Part shown: piece after piece, positions 38,062 to 47,776 of the stretch
Layout of the letters: each line of letters opens with the position of its first letter
Numbering within the stretch: position 1 is the stretch's first letter
Origin: a virus
Length of the DNA: 64,000 bases
Direction: 5' to 3' (one strand)
Virus record (IMG/VR): IMGVR_UViG_3300034198_015644
Coordinates: 42,490-106,489 of that record
Position numbers and translations under genes: made by a program
The notes under the pieces: model-generated
The model's input: the letters and a program-made list of their open reading frames with translations, nothing else
Told to the model about the DNA's origin: nothing
Databases searched by the model: none

Positions 38062-38697
38062 ATGAGCGAAGAAAAAGAGTTATTTTTAGGATTAGACGTA
38101 TCAACTAAAACAATTGGGATTTCTTTATTTGAAAGTACGGGTAAATTAATTTTATTAACCCATGTAACCCCCAAGATTAAGCTGGAAGATTTATCGTCTA
38201 TGGAAATTTTAATCAAAAAAGTTGAAGTTTTTGAAACAGAGTTTCTTGAAAAGTATGCGGATAGTAATATAACAAAGGTTGTTATAGAAGAACCATTATT
38301 ACAATCTAATAACGTTAATACGGTTGCTACGTTGCTTCGTTTTAATGGAATGATATGTAGGAGTGTTTACGAAACATTGAATGTTGTACCCGACTTTATA
38401 TCGTCTTATGACGCAAGAAAATATGCATTTCCTGAATTAATGCAAATTAGAACTACAGATAAAGAAGGTAAAATTTTAAGTGAAAAAGAACTTAAAAAGA
38501 AAACGCCGGTATTATTTGGCGGACATCCAAAAAATGTAGATAAGAAATTAATTATTTGGGAAAAAGTTGCTGATCGTGAACCACACATTGTTTGGTTATA
38601 TGATAAACACCAAAATCTTAAAAAAGAAAATTTTGATATGACAGATAGTTATGCTGCGACTTTAGGTTATATGAGAAAGAATGGTATTTGGAATTAA
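38062..38697 (+). CDS. RuvC-like Holliday junction resolvase
   Basis: LGLDVSTKTIG, VVIEEP and D-x-x-D (FDMTDSY) RNase H-fold catalytic motifs. Confidence 0.8.
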   Translation: MSEEKELFLGLDVSTKTIGISLFESTGKLILLTHVTPKIKLEDLSSMEILIKKVEVFETEFLEKYADSNITKVVIEEPLLQSNNVNTVATLLRFNGMICRSVYETLNVVPDFISSYDARKYAFPELMQIRTTDKEGKILSEKELKKKTPVLFGGHPKNVDKKLIIWEKVADREPHIVWLYDKHQNLKKENFDMTDSYAATLGYMRKNGIWN

Positions 38698-38704
38698 TTA
38701 TTTT

Positions 38705-40123
38705 TTATCTTACTAAATTAATTCCATATCTTCTTAATTTACCTTGCATGTAAACGTCATAGTTAGGACCTAATTGATATTCACCTTTTCTATTACGTGT
38801 CACAATACCCGCATCTTTTATAGAACCAAAAAATTGACTAAGATAACCTGAACGATATTTTCTACCTAATTTTTCTATAAAGCCTTTTTGTGTGGCAGGT
38901 TTACCCATACTATTTTGTTCTTTTACATATGAAATAAACGCCTTTGTTGTTTTTCCTGCCTCTTTAGGATTTTCAAATGAATAAGTACTCGTACTGTTTT
39001 CAGGATACCAATAAACAAAATCTCCTTTTTTGATAAATTCACCTTTTATTTTTGCAACTCTTCTTTTTATATTTAAAAAACGATCATTAACATTCCTTAC
39101 AAATGAAACCGCAGATTCCGCAGAATCTACTGTACAATATTCACTATAGTTGGATAAAAAGTATTTTTTACCATTAAAGTTAAAACCTAATGTAAATGTT
39201 ATTTTTTTAATCTTATCTACACCGTAAGATTTACCAATGGTGATAAAATAAAATCCATCGGTATCATCAGACAATTCTTGTTTGTAAAGTGCAAAAATAT
39301 TTTTATTTACATTAAATTTAGTCTGTTTAAACTCACCCAATTCTTCGCCAAAATAAAATGAATCAATATGTTCAAATCTTTGATAACAACCAATATCTTC
39401 ATTTTTAATTTCCTTAACTCTGTCATTTACAATTTTAACTATACCGCTAGGTAAAGTATTTAAAATTTTATTATCCTCAACACGATCTTCAGAATTCCAA
39501 ACAGTTATTCTACCGTAATTAGTTATTTGAACTGCCAATCTATTGTGGATGCCTCTACCTGCACCTTTTTTAATTACAAAGAAAAATTCATTTTGTTTCT
39601 TCTCAGTGTATTGTGAAAATATATTATCTACTTTAGCTGCGATACACCACTTAGTATCCACACCAAACTTACAAGACGCTTCAGTGGTCAATGGTCTAAT
39701 CATTAAATATTCATTATCTTCGTATAATTCATCATATTGACCTGTTAGAGATTTTTTGGAAACTCTGTCTTCCGCATCTAATACAACTTTTACTAATGAA
39801 TCAAAATTATTATAAGAATTAATATCTTTATTCTCTATTTGGTTTTTATTAATTAAATCATTAAATCTAACAATATAATCATGTACGTGATTAGCCCAAT
39901 CAGGTAACATTATACTTCTTTCATCGTTTATTACAATGTTTTTAATGATCCATTCTAAAAATTTTTTAGTTGGGGTTGGGTCTAAATTATTTACTAATTT
40001 TTTTATAACGTCACATCCATAACCAACTGACTCTATTCTTTTACAATATTTTTCAAATAGATCATCTATTTTAGCTTCTGTTAAAAGAAAAATATGTTGG
40101 TTTTCGGTTATTTTTATTCTCAT
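38705..40123 (-). CDS. Conserved jumbo-phage hypothetical protein (PcfJ-like central motif); start likely MRIKITENQ at 40123
   Basis: LMIRPLTTEASCKFG..TKWCI motif; N-terminal ITENQ leader; TATTTAT motif just upstream overlaps the longer annotated start. Confidence 0.55.
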   Translation of the reverse strand: MRIKITENQHIFLLTEAKIDDLFEKYCKRIESVGYGCDVIKKLVNNLDPTPTKKFLEWIIKNIVINDERSIMLPDWANHVHDYIVRFNDLINKNQIENKDINSYNNFDSLVKVVLDAEDRVSKKSLTGQYDELYEDNEYLMIRPLTTEASCKFGVDTKWCIAAKVDNIFSQYTEKKQNEFFFVIKKGAGRGIHNRLAVQITNYGRITVWNSEDRVEDNKILNTLPSGIVKIVNDRVKEIKNEDIGCYQRFEHIDSFYFGEELGEFKQTKFNVNKNIFALYKQELSDDTDGFYFITIGKSYGVDKIKKITFTLGFNFNGKKYFLSNYSEYCTVDSAESAVSFVRNVNDRFLNIKRRVAKIKGEFIKKGDFVYWYPENSTSTYSFENPKEAGKTTKAFISYVKEQNSMGKPATQKGFIEKLGRKYRSGYLSQFFGSIKDAGIVTRNRKGEYQLGPNYDVYMQGKLRRYGINLVR

Positions 40124-40134
40124 AATCATAAATA

Positions 40135-40166
40135 TTTGGTTTTTTAATATAATTTACATATATTTG
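40135..40166 (+). promoter_or_regulatory. Bacteroidota sigma-A type promoter
   Basis: TTTG (40135-38), 20-nt spacer, TATATTTG (40159-66); ATG follows 4 nt later. Confidence 0.75.
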
Positions 40167-40170
40167 TCCC

Positions 40171-41103
40171 ATGTCGGATTTATTATTAGATTTAATCACA
40201 GACATTTTAGGTGAACCTAAGAGTCAATATGGTAGAGGTGGACAATACCAGTTCAACTGCCCTATATGTTCTGCAGAAAAGGGGGTAAGAACCGATAATA
40301 AGTACAATTTAGAGATTAATTTAGATAAAAACGTTTATAATTGTTGGAGTTGCACTGATAATCATGGGTCAATAAAAAAATTAGTTAAACTTTGGGGTAA
40401 CAGAGATCAAAAGAAAAGACTTAAAATTTTATTACCCGATGAGATTAGTGTTAGCTCTGATGGTCAAAAAGAAACATTTGATGGACTACCAAAAGAATAC
40501 ATTTATTTGGGGTCAAATTATAATTCATTCACTAAAGATAAAGCATTGAAGTACCTTAAAAATAGGGGTTTAGGTAAAGATTTTATTGAAAGGTTTAAAA
40601 TAGGATTTGCAGAAAAAGGTAAATATGCAGGAAGAATCATATTACCTTCATATGATGCAAATGTAAATATTAATTTTTTTACAACGAGAACATTTACCGG
40701 ACAAAAACCAAAATATTTAAATCCTAAGATTGAAAAGAATGATGTAATATACAACGAACATTTGTTGTCTTGGTATTCTACGATATATTTTGTTGAGGGT
40801 CCGTTTGATCACCTCGTGGTACCCAATTCAATACCAGGACTTGGAAAGATAATGTCGGATGAAGTATATAAAAAAATATCAGATAATGCCTGCGCGGATC
40901 TTGTTATATTACAAGACGGAGATGCTTGGAAAGATTCTATTGAATTATATAAAAAATTAAATCAAGGTAAGTTACGAGATAGAGTTAGAATAATAAAGTT
41001 GCCCGATAAGTATGACATATCAAAAATATATGAGTTATTTGGTAAAGAAGGTATAGTTAAAGTTCTTACTAGTTCTTTTAAATTGAAGGAACATTTAGTT
41101 TAA
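40171..41103 (+). CDS. DNA primase (Zn finger plus TOPRIM)
   Basis: CPIC...CWSC zinc-binding domain; YL..RG; KYLNP; FVEGPFD and QDGDA TOPRIM motifs. Confidence 0.85.
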   Translation: MSDLLLDLITDILGEPKSQYGRGGQYQFNCPICSAEKGVRTDNKYNLEINLDKNVYNCWSCTDNHGSIKKLVKLWGNRDQKKRLKILLPDEISVSSDGQKETFDGLPKEYIYLGSNYNSFTKDKALKYLKNRGLGKDFIERFKIGFAEKGKYAGRIILPSYDANVNINFFTTRTFTGQKPKYLNPKIEKNDVIYNEHLLSWYSTIYFVEGPFDHLVVPNSIPGLGKIMSDEVYKKISDNACADLVILQDGDAWKDSIELYKKLNQGKLRDRVRIIKLPDKYDISKIYELFGKEGIVKVLTSSFKLKEHLV

Positions 41104-41525
41104 AGGAAACGAATATTATTGAAATAATATGGTTCTAAAGTTTTTAATGAATCTACAGATGCATCATTTAAAAAAGTTTCATTACCATCTACAATATCAA
41201 ATAATATATTTTTTAGACTAACACAGGAATCCTGAGTAAACTCAAATTCGGATTCAGTACATTCTACTCGAATAGTTTTTTTAAAATGTCCGACCATTTT
41301 ATCAAATACCGCAAGAACGTCTACACCTAAATTAACTTCAAATATAATTTCTTTATAATGAGACAAATAAGATTCAAAAACCAAATAGAGTTGATCTTGA
41401 TTAAATTCTTCATCATGAGGTATAAAATCGTAATCTTTTAGTGAATAAAGAAAAAAACCTTCACTTTGTGTTTGGATTTCAAAAATAAAATCCTTATATT
41501 TGTCTAATATCTGTATCTTATCCAA
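41100..41525 (-). CDS. Hypothetical acidic protein
   Basis: 141-aa ORF filling the gap, TTG start, TATTTAT motif upstream on the - strand. Confidence 0.5.
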   Translation of the reverse strand: MDKIQILDKYKDFIFEIQTQSEGFFLYSLKDYDFIPHDEEFNQDQLYLVFESYLSHYKEIIFEVNLGVDVLAVFDKMVGHFKKTIRVECTESEFEFTQDSCVSLKNILFDIVDGNETFLNDASVDSLKTLEPYYFNNIRFL

Positions 41526-41565
41526 AGTAATAAGTATAATACCTTAAATATAAATATAACGTAAC

Positions 41566-42231
41566 ATGGAAGAAATTGTAAATACTAAAGAGAAACAAAA
41601 AGTAATAAAATCAATTGGTAAGGATCAACACCAAATCATTAGAGATATAATTGAATTGCATATACCTTCAGGTGTAATTGATTGCGATTGTACCTATTCT
41701 AGTGGTAAATTTTATACCCCAAAACACGGAATTGTGAGACCAAAATATGTTTTTGACATTGAACCTCAATTTGATTACGTAGTTAAGGCGGACTGTAAAA
41801 ATTTACCATTAGAGAATGAATCTATAAATTCATTAATGTTTGACCCCCCATTTATCATAAGTTCGGGACCATCAATGACTTCGGATAATGAAAAACAAAA
41901 TATGACGCATAGGCGTTTCTCTTCTTTTAGGAATCCAAAAGAATTATTTGGAACATATGATGGTGCAATAAAAGAAGCATATAGAGTTTTAAAAAATGAT
42001 GGGGTATTAATTTTTAAATGTCAAGATACCGTATCGGGCGGTAAACAATATTTTACACATTGTTGGATTATGAATAAGGCGTATGAATATGGTTTTTATC
42101 CTAAAGATATGTTTGTACTTGAAGGTAAATCACGTCTAATATCAGGTAAACACGCAAATCAAAAACACGCAAGAAAATTTCATTCTTATTTTTGGGTGTT
42201 TACTAAAGAAAAAAGTAAAGTATCATACTAA
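41566..42231 (+). CDS. DNA amino-methyltransferase (m6A/m4C)
   Basis: IDCDCTYSSGKF SAM-binding loop, MFDPPF motif IV, EAYRVLKNDGVLIFK. Confidence 0.8.
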   Translation: MEEIVNTKEKQKVIKSIGKDQHQIIRDIIELHIPSGVIDCDCTYSSGKFYTPKHGIVRPKYVFDIEPQFDYVVKADCKNLPLENESINSLMFDPPFIISSGPSMTSDNEKQNMTHRRFSSFRNPKELFGTYDGAIKEAYRVLKNDGVLIFKCQDTVSGGKQYFTHCWIMNKAYEYGFYPKDMFVLEGKSRLISGKHANQKHARKFHSYFWVFTKEKSKVSY

Positions 42232-42989
42232 TGGCAAAAATTTATTTAGAACCTGAAAAACATGTTTACATTAATGAAGATACGGGCGAAATATATAAAT
42301 CCGTAACTACAGTACTGTCTATGTTGGAGGAAGAATTTCCGGCACAAAATATTGCGCAGGCAATTGCGAGACAATCCGAAAAAAAGAAAAAAGAAAAGTA
42401 TAAAGGATTAAGTGAGAATGAAATATTAGATTTGTGGGAAGAAGAAAATAAAAGTGCAAATGAATATGGAACTAAAGTTCATAATCTTTTAGAAGAGTAT
42501 TTGAAAAGAAATAAATTTTATTTTCCTGAAAACGACGATGAACGAGAAATATTAAATTCATACGATGATTTAAATATTGATTTAGGGGAAAGATTTCATT
42601 GCGAAAGAATTTTATTTTCTGAAGAATATAGTATTGCCGGTATGTCGGATCATATTGTTGATGTCGATGGGGGGTTATTTGATATTAATGATTATAAAAC
42701 TAATAAAGTAATAAATTTTTATTCGCAATATAAAAAGAAATTACTACCCCCGATGGAACATTTGGATGATTGTCAATATAATATTTATTCCTTACAATTA
42801 TCCATATACGCATATTTTTATGAACAAGAAAGTAAGAGAAAATGTAGATCTTTAAATTTATTATATTTTGATCGCAATAGTAAAAAATTTATTAAATACC
42901 CTGTACCATATATGAAGATGGAGGCAATCGGAATTTTAAATCACTATAGAGATATGTCAAATGTATCTCCTTCGGATATTCCATTTTGA
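42231..42989 (+). CDS. PD-(D/E)xK exonuclease (Cas4/RecB-like phage exonuclease)
   Basis: H.Y...SVTT, GTKVH..LE, E....AG.SD, INDYKT, Y.LQLS.Y. Confidence 0.85.
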   Translation: MAKIYLEPEKHVYINEDTGEIYKSVTTVLSMLEEEFPAQNIAQAIARQSEKKKKEKYKGLSENEILDLWEEENKSANEYGTKVHNLLEEYLKRNKFYFPENDDEREILNSYDDLNIDLGERFHCERILFSEEYSIAGMSDHIVDVDGGLFDINDYKTNKVINFYSQYKKKLLPPMEHLDDCQYNIYSLQLSIYAYFYEQESKRKCRSLNLLYFDRNSKKFIKYPVPYMKMEAIGILNHYRDMSNVSPSDIPF

Positions 42990-43288
42990 TTACAAGTTCC
43001 GCCGGCAAGTTCTAATACTACATTTCCTGGATGGGAATAATGTTGACAATTATTTTCATTACATGGTGGACAATCGTGGAATATTTTGACAATTTGATTA
43101 TTATCACAAAAAATAATATCTAAAGGAACCAAACAATCTTTCATCCAAAAAGAGTGGGATTCATCGTCTTGTAACATAAATAAATAACACCCATCTATGA
43201 AATTTTTACCTTTTAAACCCTTTTCTAATTCGGATTTTTTTCGTAATATTGTAATAGGAAATTCTATATCTTTTATGTAGATTTTCAT
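42944..43288 (-). CDS. DUF192 family protein
   Basis: KGL...LF.....FWMKDCLVPLDIIF...VLELAGG.....I..GD; likely start MKIYIK at 43288. Confidence 0.8.
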   Translation of the reverse strand: MKIYIKDIEFPITILRKKSELEKGLKGKNFIDGCYLFMLQDDESHSFWMKDCLVPLDIIFCDNNQIVKIFHDCPPCNENNCQHYSHPGNVVLELAGGTCNQNGISEGDTFDISL

Positions 43289-43305
43289 ACTAATAAATAT
43301 AGAAA

Positions 43306-43461
43306 ATGGAAACAAAAAACGAAAATCTAAGTAAAATTAAAAAATATTCTGATTTATATAAAAGAAATATAATAACTTTTGATGAGTATCAAAAAGTAGT
43401 AAATCAGTCTATAAATCAGTTAAGTGAGTCTAATAAATTAACTAAAAAACTTTCAAAATGA
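43306..43461 (+). CDS. 51-aa small protein, possibly SHOCT-like (not in ORF track)
   Basis: METKNENLSKIKKYSDLYKRNIITFDEYQKVV...; its stop overlaps the next start (ATGA). Confidence 0.5.
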   Translation: METKNENLSKIKKYSDLYKRNIITFDEYQKVVNQSINQLSESNKLTKKLSK

Positions 43462-44267
43462 TTAAAAAAATTATCCACATAGGTGATCTTCATTTTAAAA
43501 CTTATAAACGACATGAGGAATTTCGTGAACAATTTCAAAAATTGTTTGATTATATCAAGGAATTGAGAAAAGATTATAAATACGAGGAATTGAGGGTTGC
43601 AATTTGTGGGGATATTGTAGATCAAAAAATTAATGTGAGCAATGAATTAACTTTAGTTTTGGCATGGTTTTTTAATAATATATCTGAACACTGTCCTGTT
43701 GTTATGATTGCCGGTAATCATGATTTTCTTGAAAATAATAAAGATCGAGTAGATTCACTTACACCTGTAATTGAACTTTTAAATAAAGATAATATAAAAT
43801 ATTTTAAGGTAAGTGAGTGTGTAGTTGATGAAAATATTGTTTGGTGTCCTTATTCGATGTTTGAGGGCAACAAAACACCTAACATTGAAGAATATAGAAA
43901 AAAATATGGAGATACTAAAAAATTTATTGGTCTTTATCATGGTCCTTTGTTTGGATCCGTCACTGATATGGGATTTGAGGTTGAAGGTACTGAACTGTCA
44001 ATTTTCAAAGGATTGGATTATGTTTTATGTGCGGACATTCACAAGCGTCAAACACTAAAATACAATAATATTCCTATTGTTTATTGTGGATCATATCTAC
44101 AATTAAACTATGGTGAGACTGTAAGGAAACACGGATTTTTAGTTTGGGATGTAGAAACTAGTACCTATGAAGAACATAATTTAGAGAGTGAATATGGGTA
44201 TTATCAATTCAAAATCGAATCATTATTTGATATTGAAGAAGGAAAAGAAGAGTTGACTAATCGATGA
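43458..44267 (+). CDS. Mre11/SbcD-like metallophosphoesterase nuclease (T4 gp47-like)
   Basis: GDLH, GDIVD, AGNHD, YHG, ADIHK, YCGS..Q..YGE motifs; adjacent to a Rad50 gene. Confidence 0.9.
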   Translation: MIKKIIHIGDLHFKTYKRHEEFREQFQKLFDYIKELRKDYKYEELRVAICGDIVDQKINVSNELTLVLAWFFNNISEHCPVVMIAGNHDFLENNKDRVDSLTPVIELLNKDNIKYFKVSECVVDENIVWCPYSMFEGNKTPNIEEYRKKYGDTKKFIGLYHGPLFGSVTDMGFEVEGTELSIFKGLDYVLCADIHKRQTLKYNNIPIVYCGSYLQLNYGETVRKHGFLVWDVETSTYEEHNLESEYGYYQFKIESLFDIEEGKEELTNR

Positions 44268-44737
44268 AAATTGAATTACCTGAAAAAATTTATGATGAAA
44301 TAAAAGAGTATTGTCGTGTTAATAACATAGACGATGTTGATAAATTTATTCGTAAAATTTTAAATCAGGGATTTACAACTGAAAAATGGGGAGTAATTGG
44401 TGAAAATAAAAATTCTAAAACTGAAATAATTGAAAAAATAATAATATCTGCAATTACAACAGAACCTGAAATAAGGATAGTAGAAAAAATTATTTATAGT
44501 GCAATTACAACAGAACCTGAAATAAAAATAATATTTAGTGGAGTTCCACAAGAGAAAATTGTAGAAAAAATTGTACTTTCGGCAATTACTAATGAGGTAA
44601 CAAAATTTGTTAATACGGGTGATAGTGTTAATTATATCTACAACGTTTATACTAAACCTGAACAACCAAAAAAAGAAATAAATAAATCTAACGATAATAT
44701 CGACTTATATGGAGAAAGAAATATTAGAAAAACCTAA
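44264..44737 (+). CDS. Hypothetical protein with internal EKII.SAITTEPEI repeats
   Basis: 157 aa; 26-bp exact repeat at 44449-44474 and 44500-44525; ATGA overlap with the upstream gene. Confidence 0.6.
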   Translation: MKIELPEKIYDEIKEYCRVNNIDDVDKFIRKILNQGFTTEKWGVIGENKNSKTEIIEKIIISAITTEPEIRIVEKIIYSAITTEPEIKIIFSGVPQEKIVEKIVLSAITNEVTKFVNTGDSVNYIYNVYTKPEQPKKEINKSNDNIDLYGERNIRKT

Positions 44738-47105
44738 AAAGGGTAAGAAGAAAAAAGAACCAATAATCATTCCGTCAAAAGCTCAGATAAAAGTTTATTG
44801 GGACGATTTTCCTGAAAATAATTCTTATGAGGGTAAAAAAAGAGTTAAAGCATATTTTTCAGAAAAATATAACATTCCTCAGGAAAATATTAACGTAGTT
44901 TTTAGGGCGAAGAAGAGGGATATTGAAGGCAAAGAAGTTTCAATTGAAGAAGGTGTGATTGATAATATTATGGATATCAATTACCAACGAGATCTATTTA
45001 AACAATGGTTAGATAGAGAAAAAATTCAAGTTGATTGGGAACGTCTAATCAAATTGGACGATAAGGTAAACGAAATTTTAAAGACTAAAAAAGATACGGA
45101 TTACAGATATCGGAGATGGTTTATAAAGGAAATCGAAATTAATAATTTTCTTTCTTTTGGTGAGGATAATGTTGTCGATTATAATAAATTAAATGGGGTT
45201 AATTTGGTTACATCTAACCCTACCAATACTGGCGGCAAAACAAATTTTTCCGTTGACGCATTACTGTTTTTATTTTTTGGAACTACTACTAAGACAAGTA
45301 AGAATGAAGAAGTATTCAATACTTTCAGTGGTAAACATAAAGTTTCTGTCAAGGGAGTGGTCAATATTGATGGTCACGATTATGTAATAGAAAGGACGTT
45401 AAGTAGAAAAGAAAAGAAAGATGGTACGTGGGGAGTAACGACAGGTTTGGAATACCAAAAACTTCTTTCTGATGGATCTTATGAAGATTTAAAAGGGGAG
45501 GCACGTCAACAAACAGAAAAGATTATAGTGGAGAGTATTGGTAGTGATTCAGATTTTTTAACAACAATTATTGCTACAGGTGAAAATCTTGAGACATTAA
45601 TTCATACAAAACCTACAGAAAGAGGTAAAATTTTTACAAAGTTTATTGGTCTTGAGGTTATTGAAGATAAAGAAACTATTGTTAAAGAACTTTCATCTGA
45701 TTTTAGAAAAAAGATGAAAGGATTGCATTACGATGTGGAAAGTTTGAAAGTTGAGATTGATGACCTTGAAAATGAAATTCTGAAATCTAACTCCACTATT
45801 AGTGAAAAAAATATAGAATTAATAAATGTCAACAATGAAGTATTGGAGTTAGATTATAAAAAAAATGAATTGGTTGCTAAAAAACAAGAAGTAGACCCAA
45901 AAATTTTACGACTTAATGAAAATACAATTAAGAATGATATCTCAGACATTACTAAGAGAGGTAAAATTTTAAAAAATGAGGTTGATGATTTAAATAGTAA
46001 ATTAAATGACATGCCTCAAATAGATTTTGATGAAGACGAATACGAATCTTTATTAAAAGAAGAAAAACAATTAATCACTGAGAAAACTACACTATCTTCT
46101 GAGTTAAAAAGTAATAATAATTTGATAAAACAATTGGAAGAAGGAAAAATCTGTCCAACGTGTAAGAGAGAACTGGAAGACGTTGATCATACCGATGAGA
46201 TCAATTCAATAAAAGATGAAATAAAAAAACAAAGTGTAGATTTAGAAACTATAATAAAAAAAATTAATGCACTTGAAAAAGAAATATTGGAAAGTAAAAG
46301 TTTAAAATTAAAGGCGGATGAAAAACAAAAGGTCGAACTTTTAATTTCCAAAAAAGAGGTTGAAATGGATAGAATGAGGTTAGATTTGAGAGAAAAAAAT
46401 AGTACACTAAAAGAATATGAGAATAATAAGAGTATTATTGAAAACAATCAAAAACTTCAATCAGAAATAATTTTATTAGAGAGTAATATCAAAATTAAAA
46501 ATAGTGAGAGAGATAATGTAATAATTGCAATTGAAAATGCTAAGAATGATATTAAAAGTGCAAATAATGAGATTACAGATAAAAAAGAATTAATTAATAG
46601 TATTAAGAAAGAGGAAGAGGTGGATAAAATTTTTACCATTTATGAAAAGATGATAGGTAAAAATGGTATATCTAAAATGGTCATTAAAAGCGTCATACCG
46701 ATTCTTAATTCCGAAATAGAACAATTATTGGACGGTATTAGTGATTTTAATATTGAACTCAGAGTTAGCGATAAAAATGAAATTGAGTTTGTTTTAATTC
46801 GTGGAGATGTAGTTAAAAATTTATCTACAGGATCTGGTTTTGAAAAAACAGTGGGTTCACTTGCACTTAGGACTATACTTGGTCGAATATCTACATTACC
46901 TAAACCAAATATAATAGTATTTGATGAAGTATTGGGTAAAGTTTCCGATGATAATTTACCGGCATTAAAAACATTCTTTGATAAGATTAGGGCATACTTT
47001 GATATTATACTTTTAATTACACATAGGGAACATTTCAAAGAACTTGCAAATCAACAAATTATGATTAATAAGGAAAATAACATCTCAAAATTTAGGTTAA
47101 TTTAA
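44709..47105 (+). CDS. Rad50/SbcC-like SMC ATPase (T4 gp46-like)
   Basis: INNFLSF, NTGGKTN Walker A variant, coiled coil with CPTC zinc hook, GSGFEK signature, IIVFDE Walker B, LITH. Confidence 0.9.
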   Translation: MEKEILEKPKKGKKKKEPIIIPSKAQIKVYWDDFPENNSYEGKKRVKAYFSEKYNIPQENINVVFRAKKRDIEGKEVSIEEGVIDNIMDINYQRDLFKQWLDREKIQVDWERLIKLDDKVNEILKTKKDTDYRYRRWFIKEIEINNFLSFGEDNVVDYNKLNGVNLVTSNPTNTGGKTNFSVDALLFLFFGTTTKTSKNEEVFNTFSGKHKVSVKGVVNIDGHDYVIERTLSRKEKKDGTWGVTTGLEYQKLLSDGSYEDLKGEARQQTEKIIVESIGSDSDFLTTIIATGENLETLIHTKPTERGKIFTKFIGLEVIEDKETIVKELSSDFRKKMKGLHYDVESLKVEIDDLENEILKSNSTISEKNIELINVNNEVLELDYKKNELVAKKQEVDPKILRLNENTIKNDISDITKRGKILKNEVDDLNSKLNDMPQIDFDEDEYESLLKEEKQLITEKTTLSSELKSNNNLIKQLEEGKICPTCKRELEDVDHTDEINSIKDEIKKQSVDLETIIKKINALEKEILESKSLKLKADEKQKVELLISKKEVEMDRMRLDLREKNSTLKEYENNKSIIENNQKLQSEIILLESNIKIKNSERDNVIIAIENAKNDIKSANNEITDKKELINSIKKEEEVDKIFTIYEKMIGKNGISKMVIKSVIPILNSEIEQLLDGISDFNIELRVSDKNEIEFVLIRGDVVKNLSTGSGFEKTVGSLALRTILGRISTLPKPNIIVFDEVLGKVSDDNLPALKTFFDKIRAYFDIILLITHREHFKELANQQIMINKENNISKFRLI

Positions 47106-47144
47106 ATATTTTACGTATATTTGTAGTCTAAAATATAAAAACAT

Positions 47145-47714
47145 ATGAAAAATTATTATTGTCTTATTGTTATTGGTAAAGTAGAAGGTATGGAAAATAC
47201 ATTAACTAAGGTCATAGAAGGAAAATTTATGCACAAAAATTTGGGTAAATTATTCATTTCTACTTTCGAATCAAATTTTTCTATATGGGAAATTGAACAA
47301 ATCTTACATGGAGAAAGAAGATCATATTTTTTGACTAAAATGCAAGGGTCTAATTTTACTGCCACAGTTCAGGACGAACAAATTCAAAACGATTTATTTT
47401 TAGATTATGTCACAAAAATGGTTCAATTGAATGACAATATTAACAATGATTTAACAAATTTTAATATTGAAGATCCATTTGAATCTAAAAAGATAAATCC
47501 TATGGATTTTGAAGACAAAATTAATGAATTTTTAAATAATATTAAAAATAATTCTGATGGAAAAAATCCATTTAAAAGTAGAAAAAAAGTTAAAAATGTA
47601 GAAATAGAACCACCAACGTTAGACGAAATTTTAGATAAAATTAATAAGGTTGGTTATCAAAAATTGACCAAATTTGAAAAAGAATGTTTAGAAAATTATT
47701 CAAAAAAGGGATAA
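47145..47714 (+). CDS. Hypothetical protein with C-terminal DUF6576-like helix
   Basis: LDEILDKINKVGYQKLTKFEKECL; TATATTTG -7 box at 47116-47123. Confidence 0.55.
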   Translation: MKNYYCLIVIGKVEGMENTLTKVIEGKFMHKNLGKLFISTFESNFSIWEIEQILHGERRSYFLTKMQGSNFTATVQDEQIQNDLFLDYVTKMVQLNDNINNDLTNFNIEDPFESKKINPMDFEDKINEFLNNIKNNSDGKNPFKSRKKVKNVEIEPPTLDEILDKINKVGYQKLTKFEKECLENYSKKG

Positions 47715-47719
47715 AAAAA

Positions 47720-47751
47720 TTTGGTTTTTGTCCAAAAATTTACTATATTTG
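47720..47751 (+). promoter_or_regulatory. Bacteroidota sigma-A type promoter for the sigma gene
   Basis: TTTG (47720-23), N20, TATATTTG (47744-51). Confidence 0.75.
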
Positions 47752-47776
47752 ATACTTATAAAAACAAAAAAAGTTT

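Noticed and set aside
42231-42989. Cas4 as part of a CRISPR-Cas locus
   Set aside because: No array or other cas genes; lacks the Cas4 four-Cys Fe-S pattern; context is replication/recombination
40171-47105. Inteins or introns in primase, Rad50 or other replication genes
   Set aside because: Protein lengths are ordinary, and no intein splice motifs or split reading frames were seen
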